Shown here: positions 23,721 to 31,615 of the stretch, one piece after another
Position numbering within the stretch: position 1 is the stretch's first letter
Layout: the number at the start of each line of letters is the position of its first letter
Assembly (NCBI RefSeq): GCF_004376175.1
Contig: NZ_SNUY01000002.1
Coordinates: 103,051-135,050 of the forward strand
Source of the DNA: Halalkalibacterium halodurans
Lineage (GTDB): Bacteria; Bacillota; Bacilli; Bacillales; Bacillaceae_D
Direction: 5' to 3'
Length of the DNA: 32,000 nt
Notes under the pieces: model-generated
Seen by the model: the letters and a program-made list of their open reading frames with translations, nothing else
Database searches by the model: none
Told to the model about the DNA's origin: nothing
Made by a program: the position numbers and the translations under genes

Positions 23721-24722
23721 TTACGATTCGTCTTCCTCTTCAGCGTTTTCATCAGCATCCTCTGCCTGGTCTTCTGCTTCGTCGCTCGCGTCCTCACCGT
23801 CTATTTCAGGTGTATCTTCTACAGGAGGAGCATCCGGTAGGTCAAAAAGTCCTTCAAATTGATCATCAAGAACGTTAATATCTGCTTGGGCAAGCAAGTC
23901 ACGTAACACTTCCTCTTGGGTACGGGAACGTTCTCTCATGAGGGTGTCATGAATTTTTTCTTCTAGTTCTTCATAAGAGTCCTTGCGATCGGTAACTAAA
24001 ATAATGTGGTATCCATACGTGGACTCTACTGGTTCACTAACCTCATCGATCTCCATGTTAAAGGCCGCTTCCTCAAACTCAGGGACCATGTCTCCTTTAC
24101 CAAAGAAGCCAAGATCACCGTTGTTCGCTTCAGCGCTAGGATCAACAGAATATTCACTTGCCAATTCTGCAAAATCATCACCTGCTTCAAGGCGATCAAG
24201 CACTTCCTCGGCCGTCTCTTCATCTTCGACTAAAATGTGGCTCGCTTCCACTTCGATCAAAGAGTCACGATTCTCATCAAAGTATGCTTGTTTTTCCTCA
24301 TCTGTGATTTCAACACCTTCAACCGCTAGTTTCTCAAGGACTAAAGGTGGTAGAATATACTCATTTACGAACTCCTCTTTGTTTTCGACGGTGATGCCAA
24401 ATTGGTTGCTTAATGCATCAAGCATTTCATCGTCAGTTTCTACCCCGATTTGGCTTTTGAATGTTTCGAGTTCTTCATCAATCTCTTCCTGTGGGATTTC
24501 CACTGAGTCTGCTGCTTGGGAAATTAAATGTCTTTGAACAAGTTCTTGAAGAATAGCCTCTCCATAGCGTTCTTTTAACATGTCGACGAATTCAGCATCA
24601 GAAATTTCGTGTCCATCGACTTCGACAACGGCTTGGCCACTAGAGCCTGCGTCATCGTTATTGCATGCACCTAAAATCATCATGCAAGCTAGTCCAGCAA
24701 TTAATAAATGGCGTTTTTTCAT
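23721..24722 (-). CDS. prsA: Foldase lipoprotein PrsA (parvulin PPIase) with long acidic C-terminal tail
   Basis: Start MKKRHLLIAGLACMMILGAC (lipobox LGAC) with a GAGGGAG SD. The parvulin core has ASHILV, DLGFFGKGDMVPEFEEAAF and GYHIILV. The final ~40 aa are almost entirely D/E/A/P. The listed start 24752 is upstream of the SD-supported ATG 24722. Confidence 0.9.
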   Translation of the reverse strand: MKKRHLLIAGLACMMILGACNNDDAGSSGQAVVEVDGHEISDAEFVDMLKERYGEAILQELVQRHLISQAADSVEIPQEEIDEELETFKSQIGVETDDEMLDALSNQFGITVENKEEFVNEYILPPLVLEKLAVEGVEITDEEKQAYFDENRDSLIEVEASHILVEDEETAEEVLDRLEAGDDFAELASEYSVDPSAEANNGDLGFFGKGDMVPEFEEAAFNMEIDEVSEPVESTYGYHIILVTDRKDSYEELEEKIHDTLMRERSRTQEEVLRDLLAQADINVLDDQFEGLFDLPDAPPVEDTPEIDGEDASDEAEDQAEDADENAEEEDES

Positions 24723-24955
24723 CGTTTTCCACTCCCTCATTATCAAAAACAAATTGAAGTAAGTTCCTTTTTTTCATAAGGTGTACAGACCTAACTATAG
24801 CACAAATTGCCCCAAAGAAAAAAGGGTTCATTTGACGCAACTTTTCTAGAGAAAAGGAAAGGTTAGGTTGTTGTTTCATAATTAGGTCAGCTGCCCAGTA
24901 CGTCTCTATTTCGCCTGCATACGATAAGGTAACAAAGCTCAGAGGAGGTGTTAGC

Positions 24956-25042
24956 ATGTCTGGCGCTTACCACGGTGGATTCGCGTTAATCGTTGTGCTG
25001 TTCATCCTTTTAGTAATTGTCGGAGCAGCTTGGTATTACTAA
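24956..25042 (+). CDS. YjcZ-family tiny transmembrane (sporulation) peptide, copy 1
   Basis: 28 aa, MSGAYHGGFALIVVLFILLVIVGAAWYY*, with an AGAGGAGG SD 7 nt upstream. Below the ORF-track cutoff. Confidence 0.65.
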   Translation: MSGAYHGGFALIVVLFILLVIVGAAWYY

Positions 25043-25093
25043 CAAACACGCCTCTTACTGAAGTTGACTAGATAAAAGGAGGAGCTTCTGAAA

Positions 25094-25180
25094 ATGAGTG
25101 TACCTCATCATGGTGGATTTGCGTTAATTGTTGTGTTGTTTATATTATTAGTCATCATTGGAGCAGCATGGGTGTGCTAA
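25094..25180 (+). CDS. YjcZ-family tiny transmembrane (sporulation) peptide, copy 2
   Basis: 28 aa, MSVPHHGGFALIVVLFILLVIIGAAWVC*, with an AAAGGAGG SD. It is a tandem paralogue of copy 1. Confidence 0.65.
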   Translation: MSVPHHGGFALIVVLFILLVIIGAAWVC

Positions 25181-25185
25181 TGATA

Positions 25186-25211
25186 AAAGATAAAAGAGGC
25201 TGGGACAAAAC
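25186..25211 (+). repeat. Terminal inverted repeat (transposase 3' side) of IS copy B
   Basis: AAAGATAAAAGAGGCTGGGACAAAAC. The transposase stop codon (CTA at 25211-25213, which is TAG on the minus strand) abuts it. Confidence 0.75.
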
Positions 25212-26869
25212 TAGCCAAAAATAGTAAGTAAAAAGGTTCCAAGCAAATAATAAGTGCTTGGAACCTTTTTTGTGGAGTTTTTCTTATTTCCTGGCCCTAT
25301 GGCACCGTTCGTGGCCGTGTACTTTCTCAAGTTCACGGCCATAAATGCAAACCCCAATTCATTTTTCACTTTATCTTTGCCTCTGACGGACATTCGAGTG
25401 AAACCCAAATTAGCCTTCAGAAAACCGAACACTGGTTCTACTTCAACTTTTCGTTTCCTGTAAATTTCACCAGTTTTCTCGTCTGAAAGCTTCATACGTA
25501 TATTTTCTTTTTGAGATTCCCACTTTTCATTAATGTAGACTTTTCGATTGTTGCCTTCTTTTGCTTTCGTGCACAGTTCGCGGAATGGACAGCCTGAACA
25601 ATCTTCACATTCGTACACTTTAAATTCCCGTGTGAATCCGTACCTGTCTGTTCGTTTGGACTGATGGCTAAACCATACTTTTTGACCATTTGGACATCGG
25701 AAAGCGTCCTCTTCCTCATTATAATCCCAATTGTCTACATGAAAAGCATTGTCTTTGTGTTTCCTTTTCTTTTCCTTTCGATACTGATTGTATGTAATAA
25801 GTGGCGTTCGATTTCGATTCTCAATGATTTCTTCATAGTTCTGTTCGCTTCCGTATCCTGCATCTGCAACGATATATTCTGGTAATTCGAAGAAATCTTC
25901 TATCGTTTGAAGAAATGGAATCAAGGTGCGTGTATCTGTTGGATTTGGAAAAACATCGTAAGCGAGTGCGTATTGACCTTCTGTCGCAAGTTGTACATTA
26001 TAACCAGCTTTCAATTGACCGTTCTTCATGTAATCGTCCTTCATCCGCATAAACGTCGCATCAGGATCAGTTTTTGAATAGCTATTGCGTTCGCCGAAAG
26101 TCTCCATATCTTTTTGATACTTTTGTTTACGAGCAATGAAATCCATGAACTGCTTACGAGCTTGTTTTGGTGCTTTACGTTCAGCGCGAATGTTCTTCCG
26201 TTCACTGCCGACCTCACAAGCTTCAATTTTTTTATCATATTCGCTGACTGTTTCGTCTAACTTTTTGACCACTTCTTCCATTTCTTTAACGGTTAGTTCT
26301 TCTTTACTTTCTCGTTCTATCGCTGGGATAATTTCCTTTTCCAATAATTCATCATACAGTTGGTTGGACTTTTCTATTAATTTTTCACTATATTGTTCGA
26401 CGGATTTTCTCCATACAAAGGTAAATTTGTTTGCGTTCGCTTCAATCTTCGTACCATCAATAAAAATTGCTTCTTCTTCAATCAACTCCTTTTCCACGAG
26501 TTGATTACGGAATTGGACAAAACATTCGCGCAGTAATTTTTCAATAAGTGGATTGGAACGGAAACGATTAATCGTCCGATAGCTCGGCTCATTTCCTTGG
26601 GCTAACCACATCATCCGAATACTGTCTTGGAGCAACGCTTCTATCTTACGACCAGAAAACACAGATTGTGTATACCCACACAAAATAACTTTTAACATCA
26701 TACGAGGATGATAGGCAGGACGTCCAGTTTGGCGTAAGAAATCTTTGAATGCTTCCTCTGGTATGCTCTCTACAAGGTCATTAATCGCAAAAGCAATATC
26801 ATTTTCTTGTAATTTTATTTCTAAATCTAGCGGCAAAACAATTTGATTCATGGTATACTGTTTAAACAT
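25211..26869 (-). CDS. IS1182-family DDE transposase (divergent paralogue of copy A)
   Basis: 552 aa with the same conserved blocks (YTMNQIVLP, GRPAYHPRMM, TINRFR, FIDGTKIEANAN, IVADAGYGSE, CPNG...CEDCSGCPFRELC, VEPVFGFLK). By eye, roughly half of the N-terminal residues are identical to copy A. A GGAGG SD lies 7 nt before ATG 26869. Confidence 0.9.
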   Translation of the reverse strand: MFKQYTMNQIVLPLDLEIKLQENDIAFAINDLVESIPEEAFKDFLRQTGRPAYHPRMMLKVILCGYTQSVFSGRKIEALLQDSIRMMWLAQGNEPSYRTINRFRSNPLIEKLLRECFVQFRNQLVEKELIEEEAIFIDGTKIEANANKFTFVWRKSVEQYSEKLIEKSNQLYDELLEKEIIPAIERESKEELTVKEMEEVVKKLDETVSEYDKKIEACEVGSERKNIRAERKAPKQARKQFMDFIARKQKYQKDMETFGERNSYSKTDPDATFMRMKDDYMKNGQLKAGYNVQLATEGQYALAYDVFPNPTDTRTLIPFLQTIEDFFELPEYIVADAGYGSEQNYEEIIENRNRTPLITYNQYRKEKKRKHKDNAFHVDNWDYNEEEDAFRCPNGQKVWFSHQSKRTDRYGFTREFKVYECEDCSGCPFRELCTKAKEGNNRKVYINEKWESQKENIRMKLSDEKTGEIYRKRKVEVEPVFGFLKANLGFTRMSVRGKDKVKNELGFAFMAVNLRKYTATNGAIGPGNKKNSTKKVPSTYYLLGTFLLTIFG

Positions 26870-27012
26870 AAGGACACCTCCAAAAATTATTGTTTAGTCA
26901 CTTTAATTTTATCAAAAGGTGTCCTTTTGGTTTACACAAAATACGAATAAAAAGGCGTGAAGCCTACACTTTTTAGTGTAAGCTCCTACGCCTTATTTTT
27001 TTATTTCCTGGG

Positions 27013-27038
27013 GTTTTGTCCCAGCCCCTTTTATCTTT
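27013..27038 (+). repeat. Terminal inverted repeat (transposase 5' side) of IS copy B
   Basis: GTTTTGTCCCAGCCCCTTTTATCTTT is the reverse complement of 25186-25211 with one mismatch. Confidence 0.75.
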
Positions 27039-27118
27039 GTCGAGAGAGGAAAAAAGGAGGTCGCTTCGAAACATGCACCTCTTTCTTCCTCTTAAGGGTT
27101 TCTACCCGAGGGATGCTA

Positions 27119-27382
27119 TTATGTGAACAGTACCTTTACATACGTAGACGTTAATAAGATGGTCATTAAAATATTGATCGTTCGGAAGACTTTCGGCTGT
27201 TTTTCAACCGGAATTTCCTTTTGATTGCAAAGAGCATCTGTTAACGTGTTAATTAAATATAAAATAAATAATGCAAAAATCACAAAAAAGGAGACCATTC
27301 CTCTTCCTCCAATTCCTAGGGTCATATTGATACTGTACCAAATGATTGAGAAAAAAGATAGGAGATTGAGAGAATTTATCAT
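27119..27382 (-). CDS. Possible small two-TM membrane protein
   Basis: 87-aa ORF. The best SD (GGAGG, 7 nt) precedes an internal ATG, which would give a 59-aa product MVSFFVIFALFILYLINTL.... No recognisable family. Confidence 0.3.
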   Translation of the reverse strand: MINSLNLLSFFSIIWYSINMTLGIGGRGMVSFFVIFALFILYLINTLTDALCNQKEIPVEKQPKVFRTINILMTILLTSTYVKVLFT

Positions 27383-27505
27383 CTACTTCCTAGGGGCATA
27401 ACAATAAGTTGACCTAAGAAAGACAGCAAATCATACTTAAGAAGAAGGGAAAGGCAACAGTACTTTTTAGTTGGGCGATCGTAGAATGGAAGAGGGGGAG
27501 TATAC

Positions 27506-28105
27506 ATGTTTCGCACTAAAGGGACCTTTTCTTGGAAACTGGGCTTTTTTATTCTATTAGCTCTGCTTACACTCATTTTTGCAACTGTGCTCGCTTTTTT
27601 GTTCCGTTTGTCATGGAGCAGTGAACCTTATCATTTTGAGGATGCAGAAGAAATGAAAGGTGAAGCGAGCTTTACGATTACGACAGATCGTGATCGCCTA
27701 AACCGCTTAATGGAAGTGGAAATTGCCAACTTAATAGAAGATGGGGAGCCGCCGTATCGTGTAGTATTGACAGACGAGCACGTTGAATTTCAGGCAAATA
27801 TGCAGTTGTTAGGGTTCCAGGCGCCAATCACCATTCAACTGTTACCTACCGTCGCGCAAAATGGGGATCTCGTGTTAGAAGTGGATTCCTTCTCGTTAGG
27901 CGGGATCCAACTGCCGATTGAGCACATCTTGCAATGGATGAGTCAAATGGAAGATATTCCAGAGTGGGTCGTTTTTTATCCGAAGGAACGTCTTGTTGTA
28001 GCCGAAGTAACGACTCTTCAGGTAGATGAGCGGTTATCGTTTCGTTTTCGTACGTTTGATTTATACAGTGATCAAATCGAAGCGGAGATGATTGTTCACC
28101 CGTAA
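27506..28105 (+). CDS. YpmS-like (DUF2140-type) membrane-anchored protein, tentative
   Basis: 199 aa with a GGGGGAG SD 7 nt upstream. An N-terminal TM anchor (WKLGFFILLALLTLIFATVLAFLF) is followed by a soluble domain. The family assignment is from memory of the YpmS architecture. Confidence 0.6.
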   Translation: MFRTKGTFSWKLGFFILLALLTLIFATVLAFLFRLSWSSEPYHFEDAEEMKGEASFTITTDRDRLNRLMEVEIANLIEDGEPPYRVVLTDEHVEFQANMQLLGFQAPITIQLLPTVAQNGDLVLEVDSFSLGGIQLPIEHILQWMSQMEDIPEWVVFYPKERLVVAEVTTLQVDERLSFRFRTFDLYSDQIEAEMIVHP

Positions 28106-28109
28106 CCAT

Positions 28110-28151
28110 AAAAAAGAGGTTACCAATTTAGCTTTTGGTAACCTCTTTTTT
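28110..28151. terminator. Bidirectional intrinsic terminator between convergent genes
   Basis: AAAAAAGAGGTTACCAA-8 nt-TTGGTAACCTCTTTTTT forms a perfect stem of at least 12 bp, flanked by an A-run and a T-run. Confidence 0.8.
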
Positions 28152-28204
28152 GACGTTAAGAAGCTTTTAGCATGAGGTTCTTCTCAAGTTCTTCAGTCAT
28201 TGAG

Positions 28205-28747
28205 TTAGCCCACATGGCGAATGAGAATATGAAAGCCCGTTCGATGGTTTTCAATCAACGAAGCCTTTGGTGCTTTCACCACTTGTAGGGCATAGACGAT
28301 ATCATAAACAGCAAGTCCGAGGTTGATAGCTGTTAAAATGGCGAATAGATGCAAGCCTTGTGGGAACAGCAGCACACTTATTGAACAGATAATCGTGATG
28401 ACAACCCCAGGGAAAAGCAAAGAAAAGAGAAATAAATTTTTTGATAACGGGTCTTTTGTTTTAATGTTTAGAAAAGGTAAGAAGCCTTTGTTATTTCGTT
28501 CAATTATAAGTCGTTGGCCACATACCCACAGCGGGAAGATGTGGAGCAGCTTGTGTAATCCGATGACTCCAATCGCTCCTACAATATATAAATAGGGACC
28601 AAACCCTAGATATGGTGGCACTTTTATCAATGAGCTTAACACTAAATAGTAGACGAGAAACGTCATTAGCATCGTCGTTGCTGAAATCATGGCTAATCGC
28701 AACGTCCCATAGTCCCGTTCAATGTTAATGGATTTCCAGCAATTCAT
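28205..28747 (-). CDS. Polytopic membrane protein (DUF3267/YhaJ-like, tentative)
   Basis: 180 aa with a GGGAGGGAG SD 6 nt upstream. It has about 5 TM segments and an HKLLH motif reminiscent of the HExxH-like motif of DUF3267 proteins. Confidence 0.6.
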   Translation of the reverse strand: MNCWKSINIERDYGTLRLAMISATTMLMTFLVYYLVLSSLIKVPPYLGFGPYLYIVGAIGVIGLHKLLHIFPLWVCGQRLIIERNNKGFLPFLNIKTKDPLSKNLFLFSLLFPGVVITIICSISVLLFPQGLHLFAILTAINLGLAVYDIVYALQVVKAPKASLIENHRTGFHILIRHVG

Positions 28748-28840
28748 TGTTGTCTCCCTCCCAGTCTACCTAGATAATTTACGACGATTTTTCATGGAAT
28801 GCAATAGGTATGACAAAAAAAATGTAATTTCGACAATTGC

Positions 28841-28883
28841 AAAAAAAAAACAGAAAGCAGGAAGGAGTTTCCTGTTTTCTGTT
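28841..28883 (-). terminator. Intrinsic terminator of hpr
   Basis: On the minus strand: AACAGAAAACAGGA-7 nt-TCCTGCTTTCTGTT, a 14-bp stem with one wobble pair, followed by T10. Confidence 0.85.
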
Positions 28884-28935
28884 TAATGTATTATGATCAA
28901 GACCAACGGATCATTTTCTGCAGGTACGTGATTGG

Positions 28936-29514
28936 CTAAACGGTTGATCTTGTTTCACTATCGACAGCTTTAAGCTTTCCATCCTCTTCAATAAAGCCGT
29001 CTTCTAGTCGGGTGAGCGCAGTTTCGAACATGTCAATAAAATCAGGCCCATAAACATGGCGCACGATGCTCAACAGCTCGGAAAATTCAGGGAACTTTCC
29101 ATAAAGGTCTTTGATTGGCAATGCCCCACCATACACACTGTAAGTGGACGGTTTATACGCTTCTAAAGTTTCGAGAAACAACTCTCTACCTTGTTCTGTT
29201 AAATCAACATACGTGTTTCGCTTATCATGCTCACGTTTTGAAAACGTTAAGAGGCCGCGTTCCTCTAATTTTTTTGAAAAGTTAAATGCTGTTGACACAT
29301 GCATGACACCAAATTTAGCAATGTCCGAAATGGAAGCTCCATCAAGGTGATAGGTGATCCAAAGGATATGGTGCTCATTGATGTTCAAGTTAAACGGTTT
29401 AATCCATGTTTGCCAATCTTTCTCGACAGACTTCCACAACGCTTTGCTGAGCTGAGCAAACTTATGACTAAAGATGATCGACTGTTTTAAGGAGTAAGCT
29501 GTTTGTTGCTCCAT
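28936..29514 (-). CDS. hpr: MarR-type transition-state regulator Hpr (ScoC)
   Basis: Near-colinear match to B. subtilis Hpr ([29 protein letters not shown]...[39 protein letters not shown]). A GGGAGGAG SD is present. Confidence 0.9.
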   Translation of the reverse strand: MEQQTAYSLKQSIIFSHKFAQLSKALWKSVEKDWQTWIKPFNLNINEHHILWITYHLDGASISDIAKFGVMHVSTAFNFSKKLEERGLLTFSKREHDKRNTYVDLTEQGRELFLETLEAYKPSTYSVYGGALPIKDLYGKFPEFSELLSIVRHVYGPDFIDMFETALTRLEDGFIEEDGKLKAVDSETRSTV

Positions 29515-29618
29515 GGTTCTCCTCCCATACTCGAAAATTCTGTCTTCTCTCTTTATCTTGTCTTTTAGGAAAGCTTCATCATTTTAGAAAATTATTTTCG
29601 GATACTTTTATGATTTCT

Positions 29619-29646
29619 ATTATAGCAAAAATAAAAAGGATTTAAA
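29619..29646 (-). promoter_or_regulatory. Candidate sigma-A promoter of hpr
   Basis: On the minus strand: TTTAAA, a 16-nt spacer, then TGcTATAAT (the -10 is at 29624-29619). It lies about 105 nt upstream of the hpr ATG. Confidence 0.35.
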
Positions 29647-29693
29647 TAATTTTTTAAAAAATTCTAAATTCTATTCATTGGCATAATACAGAT

Positions 29694-29722
29694 CAAAAGA
29701 AAGCAGCTACGAGGAGCTGCTT
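29694..29722 (-). terminator. Probable terminator of yhaH
   Basis: On the minus strand: AAGCAGCT-CCTCGT-AGCTGCTT followed by TCTTTTG, 42 nt after the stop. Confidence 0.5.
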
Positions 29723-29763
29723 CACCTTATTTGACGATGTAAAGGATCAAAGTGATGTTCTGG

Positions 29764-30108
29764 CTATTGCTCCGTTCTCACGGAAACAGCCTTTTGTAAC
29801 TGCTCAATATCATCCTTGAGCTTTTGCAAGGAAGGGTCCACGTCTTCTTTCCATTGGTCAAGAGACGTTTTGATTTCAGGCCCAACGGTTTTCAACGCTT
29901 CAGAAGTTATCTTGGAAGTTTTGTTTATTCTATCCTTTAATTGGATTCCGTCATGCTTCATTTGCTCTAGTGATTGCTGCAAGGAACGACCTTTTGCCTT
30001 ACACTTTTTCTGCAGTTCTTTACCTGATGTAGGTGCAATCAACAACGTTGCAATACTAGCGAGGATAGCCCCTGTCAGGGCGCCGTAAAAAAATGGCCTA
30101 ATCTTCAC
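29764..30108 (-). CDS. yhaH: YtxH-domain general stress protein (YhaH-like)
   Basis: An N-terminal hydrophobic helix GALTGAILASIATLLIAPTSGKELQ (the YtxH signature) is followed by coiled-coil. GTG 30108 has a GAGGTG SD 7 nt upstream. The listed start 30123 lies inside that SD. The position between hpr and serC matches B. subtilis. Confidence 0.7.
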   Translation of the reverse strand: MKIRPFFYGALTGAILASIATLLIAPTSGKELQKKCKAKGRSLQQSLEQMKHDGIQLKDRINKTSKITSEALKTVGPEIKTSLDQWKEDVDPSLQKLKDDIEQLQKAVSVRTEQ

Positions 30109-30188
30109 GAAACAACACCTCACTTAAATTAGAGTCATGAATTCCCTTATGTTCACATATAAGTGATAGGAAAAAGGAGGAAAATCAC

Positions 30189-30380
30189 ATGGACGCGCTC
30201 ATTTTATTTCTTTTTTCTGTTTCGCTTTTATCTATATATGCCTTTTTACACACCTTGTATTTAATCGCAAAAGATAAGAAGCAACGAGAGCAGTGGAAAG
30301 TAAGGGCATGGATCGTACTATTCGTCTTTCTTACGAGTGGAGCGTGTGCCTACTTTCTCATCCAGCTGAGATTTTCCTAA
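30189..30380 (+). CDS. 63-aa two-TM membrane protein, unknown function
   Basis: A strong SD, AAAGGAGG, lies 8 nt before the ATG. Two hydrophobic helices are separated by KDKKQREQWKVR. Confidence 0.55.
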   Translation: MDALILFLFSVSLLSIYAFLHTLYLIAKDKKQREQWKVRAWIVLFVFLTSGACAYFLIQLRFS

Positions 30381-30386
30381 GACGGT

Positions 30387-31472
30387 CTAGCGGTGCGTTT
30401 GATAAAACGAATGCATGAAGTCAGCCAACGCTTCACAGGCTTCTACTGGTACGCCATTATAAATGGAAGCGCGACATCCACCGACTGAACGATGTCCATT
30501 TAAGCCGACAAACCCTTTTTCTTTTGCTTCTGATAAAAACTGTTGGGTCAGCTCTTCGGTAGGCAGTGTAAAGGTCACGTTCATTAAAGATCGGCTCTCT
30601 TTAGTCGCATGCCCTTTGTAGAACTGTTCGCTTTCATCAATCGCACCATAGATGAGGTTGGCTTTTGTCTGATTTCGTTCAGCAATCTGCTCGGTTCCAC
30701 CGATGTTTTTCAACCATTGAAGTACTTCTTTTAACATATAAATACCAAAGGTTGGTGGCGTGTTGTATAGCGACTGTTTCTCCGCATGTGTTTGATAACG
30801 GAGCATGGTTGGGACGTGATCAACGTTTCGCTTTAGCAATTCCTTGCGAATAATAACGACTGTTACACCAGATGGACCGAGATTCTTTTGCGCTCCAGCG
30901 TAAATCAGATCAAAATTTTTGACTGGAAGCGGCCGTGATAAAATATCACTAGACATATCCACAATAAGAGGTGCATGGCTAACGGATGGAAATGTGTGCC
31001 ATTGCGTGCCGAAAATCGTATTGTTTGATGTCAAATGAACATAGCTGTCATGCTCATTGTACTGAAGCGATGATATATCAGGGATAAACGTATAGTTTGA
31101 TTCCTTTGCTGAACCAGCGATAGCAGTTTTTCCGATAAACTTCGCTTCTTTTAATGCTTTTTCAGACCAAGAACCGGTTAGAATATAGTTGGCAACCTTT
31201 CCCTCATCTAAAAAATTCAGTGGAATCATCGCAAATTGGAGGCTGGCCCCTCCTTGTAAAAACAGAACATCATAATCTTCAGGGATGTTTAATAAATCAC
31301 GTAATAAATGAGCTGCTGTATGATGAACGTTTTCGTACTCTTTGCTCCGATGGCTTAACTCCATTACCGACATGCCCGTGTTTTCAAAGTCCAACAACTC
31401 GCTTTGGGCTTTTTCAAGAACCTCCGTCGGTAAAGCTGATGGACCAGCATTGAAATTGTATGCTCGCTTCAC
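30387..31472 (-). CDS. serC: Phosphoserine aminotransferase SerC
   Basis: YNFNAGPSALP at the N-terminus, class-V aminotransferase blocks, and the PLP-lysine region YAGAQKNLGPSGVTVVI. GTG 31472 has an AAAGGAG SD 8 nt upstream, and the listed 31481 start overlaps that SD. Confidence 0.9.
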   Translation of the reverse strand: MKRAYNFNAGPSALPTEVLEKAQSELLDFENTGMSVMELSHRSKEYENVHHTAAHLLRDLLNIPEDYDVLFLQGGASLQFAMIPLNFLDEGKVANYILTGSWSEKALKEAKFIGKTAIAGSAKESNYTFIPDISSLQYNEHDSYVHLTSNNTIFGTQWHTFPSVSHAPLIVDMSSDILSRPLPVKNFDLIYAGAQKNLGPSGVTVVIIRKELLKRNVDHVPTMLRYQTHAEKQSLYNTPPTFGIYMLKEVLQWLKNIGGTEQIAERNQTKANLIYGAIDESEQFYKGHATKESRSLMNVTFTLPTEELTQQFLSEAKEKGFVGLNGHRSVGGCRASIYNGVPVEACEALADFMHSFYQTHR

Positions 31473-31615
31473 GCTCTCCACTCCTTTAACTCTTTCCCCT
31501 ATTAAAGATTATATTTTATGTTTTATATCGTAACATGAATCATTCATTACGCCCACTAGAATTTTTTCATTCCGATAAATGAAATAAAAAAGGGAGGGAA
31601 AGGATGTCTTTCCTA

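Larger units (their letters stand above)
25186..27038 (-). mobile_element. IS1182-family insertion sequence, copy B (maximal extent; core 25197-27028)
   Basis: The 26-bp inverted repeats AAAGATAAAAG[A/G]GGCTGGGACAAAAC at 25186-25211 and 27013-27038 match at 25 of 26 positions. The inner 15-16 nt are homologous to the copy A termini. There is a single intact transposase ORF. Confidence 0.8.

Noticed and set aside
23983-24537. 184-aa Ser-rich ORF on the plus strand opposite prsA (also 24006-24233 and 24026-24223).
   Set aside because: Its extreme Ser/Thr low complexity arises from reading the Glu/Asp-rich prsA codons in antisense. It has no translation signals.
24658-24957. 99-aa minus-strand ORF overlapping the prsA start.
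   Set aside because: It overlaps the prsA signal-peptide coding region and promoter, has no SD, and shows no family resemblance. The plus-strand YjcZ-type mini-gene begins where it starts.
16489-27038. The two IS1182-family copies might delimit a composite transposon carrying the TCS-MFS cassette.
   Set aside because: The two elements are different species, with only about half of transposase residues identical and different IRs. They also bracket core genes (yhaM, yhaL, prsA) that keep B. subtilis synteny. Independent insertions are the simpler explanation.
27379-27576. 65-aa minus-strand ORF overlapping the start of the YpmS-like gene.
   Set aside because: It overlaps the SD and N-terminus of a better-supported plus-strand gene and has no SD of its own.
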